This document shows positions 1 to 12,000 of a DNA stretch of 41,766 nt, in pieces; within the stretch, counting starts at the first letter, position 1; the number at the start of each line of letters is the position of its first letter. The stretch is taken from the NCBI GenBank assembly GCA_012862495.1, contig BLSG01000312.1, forward strand, positions 88,636-130,401, in the 5' to 3' direction. The stretch is from Thraustochytrium aureum (lineage: Eukaryota). A program made the translations under genes and the position numbers. Under the pieces are notes generated by a model. That model saw only the letters and a list, made by a program, of their open reading frames with translations, did not search any database and was not told the DNA's origin.

Positions 1-3000
1 CGGACAAGCAACAGGATCGCATCTGAAGGTTATTGCTGCCTCCATCGGCACTCCAAAACTCGGATGGCCGTTTCGCCGAGCCTCCGAGGCAGGATCGACG
101 ACTCCAGCACTCGAAACGCTGCAGCTCGCTGCAAATCCAGCCGACAAAGCCCGGTAGACGTCTTGGGGGGTGGCCAAGGCGTCGATTGCGGCTTCGTACG
201 AGCCGTGCAGTTTTGCAAAGGCCTTCTCCAGCAGGTATATCCAAAAGCCCACTCGATCTGGCCGACAGCTTGTGAAGACCGGTTGCAAACCAGCGTCCAC
301 GCGAACGCACGGAACTGCATCATCCACCACAACGCAATGCCACGTGCCGTCCTTGAACAGTTTGACGCAAAAGAGCCCGAGCGAAGCAAAGGTGATATCA
401 AGGAGCGCGCCAAGCTCCCGCTCTGCGCGCTGCGCAAACGTCGTGGCGGCGATGTGAAATGGCTCGAGTTTGCGGAGAAACCACGGCGCGACGCGTCGGG
501 CAGGAAGACCAATCTCACGGAAGAACAGCCGCTCTGGAAACATGCAGACGATCGAACTTGGGGTCGCACTGGTCCCTTTCTGGGGCCAGATCTCAAGCGG
601 ACGGCGCCACTCAACGGGGCCGCAGCCCTCTAGAGCCTCGCGAAGCCAGCTCCGTTTTGAGTTGCACGAAAAGAGCGACTCGCTCTCCGCCGGAAATTCG
701 TCGTCAGTAAATGGACCCTTCCGCTCGGCAACCAACTCTGCGAGCTCAGCGAAAGCTGAAGCGTCGGTTGCGTCCCACCGGAGACCGTCGCGAGGCGGGA
801 GAAACGGACGCTTGCGCACCGAGCATGCAAAGCGGCGCTCTGCACGACGAGCGGCCTCCGCGGCGGCTTTCTCAGCCGCGGCGGTTTCATCCCGGCAGAG
901 CCTGGCTTGCGCCTGAATCTCCAGAATTTTGCTGCGCTCGAGCTCGATAGCTTGTTGCGACGGAGCTGCGCTGAAGGCTTCGAGGCGCAATTCGATGCCA
1001 TCAAGCCTTTCTTTCAGCGAAGCCTCCTCATCGCGGTCCTTCGCGTCAAGAGTGCGGCATTTCGGCGCCCGTTGGCTTTGCGGCGCTTCGCGTAGTCAAC
1101 CTTGACTTGCTCAAGCTCTGCCCGGAGGCTCGCTTGCAGCTCGCTATTCACCATGGTCTGCTGTTTGACGCTTTTTCGCGCGATTGAGCGCCGCGCGACG
1201 CTCTGCACAAGCGTGGCAGCGCGTTCCACTTCCTTTTCTTCGGCGCGGCTCGCCTCCATCTCTTCGTATCTCTGGATCTCCTCTGGCGACATCCCAGCAA
1301 ACTTGGCCTCCTCTTCCGTTTCCAAGCGGACAGGAAAGGGCTTTGACGCCGCAGCGGCCTCGTGGCGAGCACTCACGTAACGCCAACGATACACGCCTTC
1401 GGGCGTTTCTGGTGTCACTGGAACCGACGCGCGTTGGTTGATCAGGCAGTCGCGTGTGACGTAGCACCACTCGACGCACTGCATCGCGCTCGGTTCGCCC
1501 GAAGAGTCATCCCTTCGACCACAAGACGCTCCGCCACGCTTGGCTGGCTGTGAAGTTGGCCTTGTGCTGTCCGAGCCTGTGCCTGGAAGTTGAATCTCCC
1601 GAGTGAGTTCGATTCGGTCCCAAGCGGACCAAATCGTGTGGTCAACGACCTCGAAGTTGCACACGGCTCGTTGCTCTGTTGGGGCCTTGCGGCGCTGGGG
1701 AAGGTTCGGGTCTTCTCGGTCGCTCCGACAGCGCCCCGATCAGCTTGCTGCAATCGCAAAACGAGCCCAGACTCCCCATACGTGTCGCGGATCAGCGTGA
1801 CTGGGCGAACGATGGCAGCGCGCGATACGGCCGCGACACGGCCCAGCGACGGCCGCACGAAGCGGCATTCAAACGTTCCGCCTTTGGTGATTTTCAGATC
1901 GTACGGCTCGAACCGCACTCGCCCGCACCGGAGAATAGGCGCGGTGATGCGGACGCTGACGAGAGGGGTCACCATCCTGGGGGCTCTCTTTGCGATAGAG
2001 ACCAACAAAGTCACCTTTCGTCTCTGCGTCGCCGCGCTCAACCGCGTCAATGTAGAAGGAGGAAATGTTGCGCAAGTCGCACTCTAGCACATCATCAACG
2101 CTCCTTCCTTCGCAAAGCGAACCGAGCACGAGTGGTGCGACTTGAAGCCGAAAGGCTGTGCTTGTTCCCACCTCTGCTGCGCCGAAGTGCTGCGCCGAGT
2201 ACCGCAGCTCAAGTAGCCCGCTGTGCAAAACGAGCCCTTCGTAAAAGAAAGGCCCTGGGCGTCCACGTCTCTGGCAAAAGACCCGCTCGCCGTGGCCGGG
2301 CAGTTCCTCTTCCCCATATTCCTGATCCAATACCATGACTTGATCCAAACCAAGCCACCGTTGGCACGCAAAGCTCTCGACGTCATCCGCAGTGATCGGC
2401 CCGCACAGCACACAGCGGTCACGATCGCCGTGCTGCTGCGTGCATGCGATGCAAGCCTCCACCGGGATGTCAGGGTCAGGACTCTCGTACTCGAAGAGCA
2501 CGAGTGCCTTCCCACCAGAGCTGGTCGAAGCGACTGACTGAACGATGCCGCGCACCCAGCGGCACCCACAATGTTCTNNNNNNNNNNNNNNNNNNNNNNN
2601 NNNNNNNNNNNNNNNNNNNNNNNNNNNNNNNNNNNNNNNNNNNNNNNNNNNNNNNNNNNNNNNNNNNNNNNNNNNNNNNNNNNNNNNNNNNNNNNNNNNN
2701 NNNNNNNNNNNNNNNNNNNNNNNNNNNNNNNNNNNNNNNNNNNNNNNNNNNNNNNNNNNNNNNNNNNNNNNNNNNNNNNNNNNNNNNNNNNNNNNNNNNN
2801 NNNNNNNNNNNNNNNNNNNNNNNNNNNNNNNNNNNNNNNNNNNNNNNNNNNNNNNNNNNNNNNNNNNNNNNNNNNNNNNNNNNNNNNNNNNNNNNNNNNN
2901 NNNNNNNNNNNNNNNNNNNNNNNNNNNNNNNNNNNNNNNNNNNNNNNNNNNNNNNNNNNNNNNNNNNNNNNNNNNNNNNNNNNNNNNNNNNNNNNNNNNN

Positions 3001-3754
3001 NNNNNNNNNNNNNNNNNNNNNGGCAGTCGGCACAGCTCTCGAGATCATCGAGCAAGTTGACAACGGCTACCAGCTCTCCGCGGACGGCTACCTGGACCGC
3101 GACCACGTCGGCGCAAATCCGAGCAAGCCAGAGCGCCGGCGTGGACCGCGAGACGGCCCACTCGAGCAGGTCCTCCGCAGAGGCAGTCTTTGCGTGCGAA
3201 AGCATCCCTGGGGAATCTGGTTTGCAGCCAACAATATGTGCAGCCAGCTCTTCAAGCTCGGTCTCGCGCGCTGGGCTTGGCTCGAACAGCGCCTCGGCGC
3301 CTTCAAAGCACGAGCGCAAGGACTTGCACAGAACAATGAGCAAAATGACGAGCTCGTCCATGGAGAGTGCGAGCGCGCTTGTCCACTCTTCTGGCCCCTG
3401 AGGGGGGTCTTGAGCGAATAAGGACACCATCGCCTGGACTTTCGTCTCTGCTCCTCCCTGCGACAGCACGATTAGGGCGAGCACAATCTGGAGCGCGTCC
3501 GCGTTGTCGTGGCCGTCGTAGGGGTTTAGCCGCGTGCACGTCTGCGCGAAGCGGGCGAAAATTCTCTTTACTCTTGGCGGGCCAGATGGCCCCTCGAAGT
3601 AGTCGCGCTCGCGCATGCGCAAAAAGTCGCGCAAGAGACCGACACGTCGCCGCCACAGCCGACCACGCACGATGGCCTGCAGCGCAACGAGCCCGCTCGC
3701 CCTTTCCGCAAGCTCGTCGTGCGCTGCACCGCCACACGGGCACAGCCCCGCACT
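1..3754 (-). CDS. Multidomain calpain-like protein (IQ, degenerate EF-hand pair, 3 SKICH-like domains, IQ, coiled coil, calpain/peptidase C2-like domain). Partial at both ends; spans the gap 2578-3021; about 3 frameshifts
   Basis: Manual minus-strand translation of 1-~1075 is open to the window edge and absent from the ORF track. It contains KGPFTDDEFPA...VEWRRPLEIW...GLFCVKLFKDGTWHCVVVDDAVPC...PVFTSCR...FWIYLLEKAFAKLHGSYEA, which are classic calpain CysPc motifs. Upstream pieces: ORF 1014-1664 (IQ-like AATLVQSVARRSIARK), ORFs 1442-2050 and 1869-2555 (SKICH-like) and 3022-3754 (IQ LQAIVRGRLWRRR plus EF-like helices). Joining across the gap is inference. Confidence 0.75.
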
Positions 3755-4350
3755 NNNNNNNNNNNNNNNNNNNNNNNNNNNNNNNNNNNNNNNNNNNNNN
3801 NNNNNNNNNNNNNNNNNNNNNNNNNNNNNNNNNNNNNNNNNNNNNNNNNNNNNNNNNNNNNNNNNNNNNNNNNNNNNNNNNNNNNNNNNNNNNNNNNNNN
3901 NNNNNNNNNNNNNNNNNNNNNNNNNNNNNNNNNNNNNNNNNNNNNNNNNNNNNNNNNNNNNNNNNNNNNNNNNNNNNNNNNNNNNNNNNNNNNNNNNNNN
4001 NNNNNNNNNNNNNNNNNNNNNNNNNNNNNNNNNNNNNNNNNNNNNNNNNNNNNNNNNNNNNNNNNNNNNNNNNNNNNNNNNNNNNNNNNNNNNNNNNNNN
4101 NNNNNNNNNNNNNNNNNNNNNNNNNNNNNNNNNNNNNNNNNNNNNNNNNNNNNNNNNNNNNNNNNNNNNNNNNNNNNNNNNNNNNNNNNNNNNNNNNNNN
4201 NNNNNNNNNNNNNNNNNNNNNNNNNNNNNNNNNNNNNNNNNNNNNNNNNNNNNNNNNNNNNNNAGCTCGCTCGCTCTCGCTCGCTCTACTTCGCTAGTGG
4301 AGGGCTGCGCATCGTCCTCGGGCGGCGATCGTCGGCGGACGGCAAGGAGG

Positions 4351-5047
4351 ATGGCCTTCCGGGAGCGGGTCAAGCTCGGCGGGCGCACAGCCGTCGTCCT
4401 CGGCGGCACGGGCGCGACGGGGCGCAAGGTGATCGAGGAGCTGGTCAGTCGCGACGAGTGGACGCGCGTCGTCGCCGTCGGACGCCGGCCTGTTGAGATC
4501 AGCAGCGACAAGGTCGAGAACTACGTTGTTGACCTCGGCAAGGAAGAGGTTGACCCGGAGAGGCTCCGTGGGTGCGGACACTTTTTCAACTGCGTCGGGA
4601 CCACGCGCGCGGCTGCTGGCGGCGCCGAAGGGTTTCACAATATCGAGGTCGGCATCTCTGCAAAGGTGGCGGCCGCTGCGAAGGCTGGCGGGGTTGCGAC
4701 TGCCTCGGTGATCTCTGCGCAAGGCGCGAACGCCGACGCGTGCCTTGCCCCGCGCTGGTTTCACCCGCTTTTCTACGGCAAGACGATGGGACTCAAGGAA
4801 CGAGCGATGACCGACAGCAAGTTCGCGCGAGTCACGGTGTTCCGGCCTGGCATGCTGAAGCGCGGCCAGACGGACCGTCCCATGGAGCGCATCTTTGGGG
4901 GGATCCTGCCGAGCCTCGACGTGGCACTTCTTGCCAAGGCCATGGTGAATGACGCAGAGGGGGCTGCGCCAGTCCAAGCAGGCGAGCCGGAGGCCCCCTC
5001 TGGTGATTTCGGGCAACAGCAAGATCACGGAGTTGGCCAAGCTCTAG
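4351..5047 (+). CDS. TIP30/CC3/HTATIP2-like NAD(P)-binding Rossmann protein (atypical SDR)
   Basis: MAFRERVKLGGRTAVVLGGTGATG..VVAVGRR..FFNCVGTTRAAAGGAEGF..SAQGANA..VTVFRPGML matches the TIP30 family. There is a probable frameshift in the C-run at ~4995-5000; the alternative frame ends LVISGNSKITELAKL* at 5047. Confidence 0.85.
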
Positions 5048-5220
5048 CTCGCCACGCTCTCGCGCAGCCTCTGCGGAGCGAACCACCTTTCTTTCTTTCT
5101 TTCAGATCTGAGAAGTAGTGTTTTCGGAATCCCACCCATTACAACGGTCGAAGCGGCTTGAAGGCGGCGCGCGCGCGCGCTCATTGCTCGCTCGGCTCAG
5201 CGCCCGTTCGTGCTCTTCCG

Positions 5221-6296
5221 CTAAGACAAGAGAGCGGCGGAGGTGCTTCTTCGGCGCGCTGGCCACGCGCCGCAAACGCGGCAGAAAGTGCTCGTCGGGA
5301 GCGGGAGCGCGAAGCGGCAGCCAATACATGCGTCGTCGCTGGCCCCGGAAAACCGCTTGGGCAGCACGGGGTACGAGTGGCTCGGCCCAAGTGCCTCGGG
5401 GAACACCTTGAGAAAAACCTTGAAGTAGAAGAGGTGCTCCGCGTTGCGAATGGCCACCTTGTGCTCCTGAGCGACCTCGTCCTTGGCGGCGAGAAACGCG
5501 CTGGCGTCGGTGCGCTCTTCAAAGTACTTGCCATTGTCCGCGCCAAGCACGGTGCTCCCGCTGCCCACCTCGATCGGGTCCTTGCGGCGCCATGCCGAGA
5601 GGGCCTCAGGGAACGCGTCGCGGAGCGGCATCTTGCCAGCGAGCCGCAGCTCGCGTGCACCGCCAGGCTCGGTCTCCTGCTCCACCTCTGCAATGCACTC
5701 GGCCTTGCCGAGCTCGAGCGCCCACGTCTTGAAGTACTCGTGCGTGAAGGGGCTGGCCACCTGGATGCCCATGGCCTGGCCCATTACGGGCGCAGAGAAA
5801 AACCAGCGCGAGCACATGTCGTCGCGCTTCCCGTCCAGAGCGGGTCGGGCGAGCCGTGCGTGAACGAGTAGCCGCCAAGCAGCTCGTCAGCGCCGTCGCC
5901 CGTGAGCATATACTTGAGGCCCAGCTTGCGTGCCTCAGCGAGCGCCCGTGCCACAACGACGCTGTTGCGCAACTCCATCCCGTCAAAGGTGCCAGAGCGG
6001 CAACGCAATCCCTCAGCGGTTGGCCCAGCAAGTCCTCTGGCGAGACCTCGATGGCGACATGGCGCACGGCATGCTCGGCGGCCAGCTTGGCCGCGTACGG
6101 TCGATCCGTGGCGTTTTCGGCAACAAAGACAGTCAGCGCGACGGCAGGCTTGACCCCCAGTTCGCGCAAGGCCTCCATAACCGCGCAGGTGTCTACCCCG
6201 CCGCTCAGTACGATGCCGACCTCGTCGTTGTCCTCCAGGCCAAGTCCCCATGCCTCAGTCCACACCTTGCGAACACTCTCGACGAGCCGGGCGCGG
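5221..6296 (-). CDS. Asparagine synthetase C-terminal (ATP-pyrophosphatase) domain protein with a C-terminal CxxC...CxxC Zn ribbon. 5' end in gap; frameshifts at ~5995 and ~5830
   Basis: Joined frames give VGIVLSGGVDT (PP-loop), TFDGMELRNS, MLTGDGADELLGGYSF, VASPF, GKMPLRDAF, WRRKDPIEVGSG and CIGC...FCRVCGAWP. Confidence 0.85.
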
Positions 6297-6923
6297 NNNN
6301 NNNNNNNNNNNNNNNNNNNNNNNNNNNNNNNNNNNNNNNNNNNNNNNNNNNNNNNNNNNNNNNNNNNNNNNNNNNNNNNNNNNNNNNNNNNNNNNNNNNN
6401 NNNNNNNNNNNNNNNNNNNNNNNNNNNNNNNNNNNNNNNNNNNNNNNNNNNNNNNNNNNNNNNNNNNNNNNNNNNNNNNNNNNNNNNNNNNNNNNNNNNN
6501 NNNNNNNNNNNNNNNNNNNNNNNNNNNNNNNNNNNNNNNNNNNNNNNNNNNNNNNNNNNNNNNNNNNNNNNNNNNNNNNNNNNNNNNNNNNNNNNNNNNN
6601 NNNNNNNNNNNNNNNNNNNNNNCGTCGCGACGCGTCGCACTCTCGCCGCCGCCGCCCGAGGCCTGCCCAGCTCGTGCGCGTGCGCGCCTCGCCTCCTCGC
6701 GCCGGAGCTGCGCTGCGCGAGCTCGACGTGTCCGCGTTTTGCCGGGACTGCGCTGGCCAACGTCGCGCCGACAATCTCCCAAAACGACGCGCACACGGCC
6801 GCTCGCGCTCGGCGTCGGAAGCCTTTCGCGCTGCGTCCGAAAATCGAGCAGCGCCGGGCAGTCCCGTACCGACCGCGGGCGAGGCGAGCGCAAGAACGGT
6901 GGCGCGGCCCTTGACGTCCGGCC

Positions 6924-7825
6924 ATGACGCTTGTCATCGTGCGCCACGCGGAGCGCGTGGACTATGTCGAGCGCCGCGCGTGGATGGATGCGGCCGAGCT
7001 TCCGTGGGACTCGCCTATCACGCCGCACGGCCACGCGCAGGCCGAGCTGACCGGCGCCGCGCTGAGGCTGCACCTGGAGCGCCTTGGTGAGCCCCTCCCG
7101 ACGCAGGTGTTCACTTCCCCGCTCACGAGGTGCGTCCAGACGAGCGTCGGGATTCGCAAGGGTCTAGGTCTTGCCGAGCTCCCGATCCACGTCGACAATC
7201 ACCTCGTCGAAGCCCTCTGCGAGGACTGGTACCGGAGTTGGGGCATTGTTGGTCGCAGCGACGCAACGTGGGGCGGCCCGCCAGGGTTGAAACCGGGACG
7301 CCAGTGCCCGACGCATCGCTGCTCCGGCCAGCGGTCTTCAGGCCCGCGCACGAGCTCTTGCCGAATCGACAAGCACTGATTGAAACAGCTGGCTTGGCCC
7401 TCGGCCATTCTTCGCACGAGACCGAGTTTCATCCAACAAACACCATCAACAACCCGGAGACTCACGAAGAGCTTGTGCAGCGGATTGCGGGCTTTGCGCG
7501 CCGGGTGCATGAACAGTATCCTGGGCAGACAGTCGTTCTTTGCTCCCATGGTGGGCCGTCTGCAGCGCTGTACAAGGCACTGACAAACGCCCCAACAAAG
7601 CGAGTCGGGTTCACGGCCATCTCAATCGTGGTCAAAGGCCCCGACGACGCCGACTTTGTGCCGCGCCTCACTGCGTGTACAGAGCACCTGAGCCAGTCGG
7701 AGGACCTCGGGTTTGCAACCGCGTTAACGCGGCGTCAGAGGATCTTCAAGGGGCCGCGGCAAGCAGCACAGAGGACAGCAAAGCCTCGACGCCTGCGGCT
7801 GGCGACCTGGCGGCGTAGCTCTTGA
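6924..7825 (+). CDS. Histidine phosphatase superfamily (phosphoglycerate mutase-like) protein; frameshift at ~7290
   Basis: Motifs LVIVRHAERVD (RHG-like), DSPIT..G..QA, VFTSPLTRCVQT, and PET..ELVQR..TVVLCSHGG in the second frame (ORF 7130-7825). The exact C-terminus is uncertain. Confidence 0.85.
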
Positions 7826-9069
7826 CGCTTGCGATCTGGGCAAGGCCGGACTCTGCGATGGAAAAGCGCCCTGAACCTGTTTCGGACGCGCGACGGCAAG
7901 AACACGTTGAGTTGAAAAGCAAAGCCAAAAAGCCCGCGACGAAACTGTTGCTGGTCCACCCGAACTCTAAGCGCTGCAAGCGCACTGCCCAAGTTGGAAG
8001 TGGGATCTGTCAGCGCTGTGCGCGCAGCAGCGCGTCCCGCCCCGGCGCAAAGGTGCGCCGCGAGCTGAATGAAGCGATGCCAGGTGCTTGCTGAGGACCC
8101 ACCCGCCCGCCCNNNNNNNNNNNNNNNNNNNNNNNNNNNNNNNNNNNNNNNNNNNNNNNNNNNNNNNNNNNNNNNNNNNNNNNNNNNNNNNNNNNNNNNN
8201 NNNNNNNNNNNNNNNNNNNNNNNNNNNNNNNNNNNNNNNNNNNNNNNNNNNNNNNNNNNNNNNNNNNNNNNNNNNNNNNNNNNNNNNNNNNNNNNNNNNN
8301 NNNNNNNNNNNNNNNNNNNNNNNNNNNNNNNNNNNNNNNNNNNNNNNNNNNNNNNNNNNNNNNNNNNNNNNNNNNNNNNNNNNNNNNNNNNNNNNNNNNN
8401 NNNNNNNNNNNNNNNNNNNNNNNNNNNNNNNNNNNNNNNNNNNNNNNNNNNNNNNNNNNNNNNNNNNNNNNNNNNNNNNNNNNNNNNNNNNNNNNNNNNN
8501 NNNNNNNNNNNNNNNNNNNNNNNNNNNNNNNNNNNNNNNNNNNNNNNNNNNNNNNNNNNNNNNNNNNNNNNNNNNNNNNNNNNNNNNNNNNNNNNNNNNN
8601 NNNNNNNNNNNNNNNNNNNNNNNNNNNNNNNNNNNNNNNNNNNNNNNNNNNNNNNNNNNNNNNNNNNNNNNNNNNNNNNNNNNNNNNNNNNNNNNNNNNN
8701 NNNNNNNNNNNNNNNNNNNNNNNNNNNNNNNNNNNNNNNNNNNNNNNNNNNNNNNNNNNNNNNNNNNNNNNNNNNNNNNNNNNNNNNNNNNNNNNNNNNN
8801 NNNNNNNNNNNNNNNNNNNNNNNNNNNNNNNNNNNNNNNNNNNNNNNNNNNNNNNNNNNNNNNNNNNNNNNNNNNNNNNNNNNNNNNNNNNNNNNNNNNN
8901 NNNNNNNNNNNNNNNNNNNNNNNNNNNNNNNNNNNNNNNNNNNNNNNNNNNNNNNNNNNNNNNNNNNNNNNNNNNNNNNNNNNNNNNNNNNNNNNNNNNN
9001 NNNNNNNNNNNNNNNNNNNNNNNNNNNNNNNNNNNNNNNNNNNNNNNNNNNNNNNNNNNNNNNNNNNNN

Positions 9070-12000
9070 AAGTCGGGGCGCAGACAGGTTTCGCTAACGT
9101 CGACGCCAGCTTGAGCGAGGTGCGTGTCGATGCGCCTTCTGAGCCGCCAAATCCCCCTGCGAGCCAGACCTCAGTCCCATTCCCCGCGTCATCAAAACCT
9201 TCGAATACGTTCGGCCCAGGAGAAGGGCGCCCAAGCCTGTCAGTCCCCAGTACCTTGCCCAGCGCGCGCCGACTTGCGGACCCAGCACTCCCGTGGGCGC
9301 CAGCGAGTGCAACAGACGCGGCAGCTGCGGAGTACCTTGCGGCTCCAATTCTGGGCGGCACGAGGTTTGGCCAGGCCGACACGTACGCCAACATTGCCCC
9401 GCCCCCTGCAGCACCAAGCAACGCCAGCGCGAAGCAAGACGCAGTGTTGAGCTTGGCGGCGCAACTTGTGCAGCAAGGGGGCATGCTTTGGAAGCTGCCC
9501 TGCAACAAGTCGGCCTTTGCTCCCGCGGGCAGCGCGAAGCGAAAATGGTTTCAGGTAGTCCTCGACGACTCTGGGGCTGCAGTGCTGCGCTGGCACGATC
9601 CTGACAAGCCGAGGAAAAAGGCCCGCAGCGTGCAGCTGGCCCGCGTCACCAAGGTTCTTCGCGGGCAGCAGACCAAGCCGTTCTTCTCTACGCCGGCAGA
9701 TCGGCTTGCGCCCCCCGAAGTTTGCCTCTCGGTGATGCTCCCGGAGAGGACGCTCGACCTGGCTGCAAACTCGGCCAACGATGCCGCCTTGTGGCTGGAG
9801 GGCCTCTGCTACTTTTCGCCGAACGCAACGGTCAGGCAGACGGCGGCGCGCACGCTGCCGAGCGGAACTCGCAGCGCCACTGCGCAGGCTCCTGCAGTTG
9901 CCGCAGAGGAGCAGCCGATTTCCCAAAAGGCGATGCTTCTTGCACTTTTCGACGCGTGCTACGAAAACGACGAGGCCGAGTTTCGCAGGCTCCTCGAAAC
10001 GTACGAGGTTGACATTGACACCGCCGAGCCTGGGGAAACATTCGGCGACTCGTGTCTTCTCGTTGCATGCAAGCTCGGCCATGTCAAGATCGCAGAGCTC
10101 TGTTTGGAGTACCGCGCCTCGAACGACCCGCACCCAAGCTATGGGCAAACCGCCCTTCAGGCAGCAGTCAGCGCTGGACAACTCGTTTGTGCCAAGCTCC
10201 TGCTTGACACAGCGGCGATGACCGGCATGGACGCTGTCGTGGTCAACGACACTGACCACAAAGGCACTGCACCGTTGCACACGGCCGCAGCGCGTAAAGA
10301 CGTTTTTCTGCTCCAGCTCCTGCTGCGCCATGGAGCGGACATCAAGCTTCTCAACCAGCAGGGCCAGACGGTTTTGCACCGTGCGGTCCTTTCTCCTGCA
10401 AACCTGCCGGTCGACGTCCAGCGAGACCGCCTTCGCGTCTTGCAAGTGCTGCTTGACGAAGGCGCAGACGAGATCGTCAACGTGCAGGACGACGCTGGGA
10501 ACACGGCGCTTCACTTTGCAGCGCATACCGGCGACGTTGTGCTTGTGCGCACGCTCCTGGTGAGCGCGGCGCACCCGCACATAAACAACCTGCGGGGTTT
10601 TCGGCCGTTCCAAGTTGCCCAATCCAAGCAGTTTCGTCAGATCATGAGCTTGCTGGCAGACTACGAAGCCTGGTACGCGCAAGGCGATGAAGGTGCGGGC
10701 CCGCAGGAGGAAGCGAACGATGCGGCCCCCCTCCACTACTACCAACGCTATACGGAAGACGGGCATGCTTACTACGTCAGCTACGCGACCGGCGAGTCTC
10801 AGTGGGAGGACCCGCGAGAGACGGACGCGAGCTGTGTCGTCCATGACGATCCGGGGGATGGGTACTATGGCCAATACGACCAAAACACTGGTTACGAAGG
10901 AGACGAACAACATCTCGACAGTGCTGTTGCCCAGGCGGCCCATGCAGAGTATGAAGCGAGCCAGAAGGACGACGTCAAAACTGCACGTGACGCCCAAGAT
11001 CTGGACGCCCCGGCGATTGGAGCACAGCCTCCAGAAGAAGCGAGGTCTTCGCATCTTTCGACTCGATCAATGGGCGAGCGTATTCGCGCCGAGCTGTATC
11101 GCGCTAGAGAAGCGGAACGACAGCTCCAACTCATTGACCAAGAGTTGTCGGCAACCTCTTTGCAAGCTCTCGCGGCTGGACAAGCAGGTCTGAGCGATNN
11201 NNNNNNNNNNNNNNNNNNNNNNNNNNNNNNNNNNNNNNNNNNNNNNNNNNNNNNNNNNNNNNNNNNNNNNNNNNNNNNNNNNNNNNNNACCTCAGCGATC
11301 CGCGTGCTCTGTCACCGGGAAGCGGCGGTCGCCGCCCTCTGCTGCATGGCGATCTGCTGCGTGGCGACAGTCTTGCGCCGAGTGCCTTTGGCCTCACCGG
11401 CAAGACTGGCGTAGATGCTGGCGGGGCGGCTGGGTCTGGGTCGGCTCGAACTGGAGCGCGATCGAGGCGCAATCGGCGACGCTCGTCGGCGCGCCGCGCG
11501 TCCGTCGGAGAAAGCGCCGGCCAAGGTCTTGGAAGCAGCTCTAGCCCCAACTGTGAAAGTTCGAGCGATGGTTTGAGCGAGGGCGAGATTTCAAGCGAGG
11601 GCGCCACCGAAGACGAAGCCAACTCAATTGAAAGCGTCGCAAGATCCTCTTTGCCAAAGGGTAGTAGGTCGCATCGTCGAAGCAGAGCGCACCATAGCGG
11701 CGAACAAGGTCCGCCAGGCAGTTTTGCGACGGGGCTGGCGGCAGGTAGCGGTGGACTGTGTAGCAATGGTGAGCTCGGCGAAAGCGGAAGGGGTTCCGCG
11801 ACGGGTGAGCTCGGCGAGAGCGGAAGGGTCGTACCGAGTTCCACGACTGGTGGCGGCGCGCCGCAGATTCTAGCATCGCGAAGCACGAAGGAGTGCGAAG
11901 CAGGTGCCACTGCGGGTGGAAAGGCGGACGGCGAGAGTCCGCTCGCGAATGTGAAAGCTGACTCTGCCAAACCGCCGTCAAATGGTGCTTCTCAACCAGC

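Noticed and set aside
64..633. 189-aa plus-strand ORF
   Set aside because: It is the antisense shadow of the calpain-like domain on the minus strand and has no recognisable motifs.
7822..8112. Short ORFs downstream of the histidine phosphatase
   Set aside because: They have no motifs and are expected by chance in GC-rich DNA.
9240..11054. Long antisense ORFs (also 16125-17305, 26932-28167, 28474-29742)
   Set aside because: They are shadows of GC3-biased coding strands and lack domain signatures.
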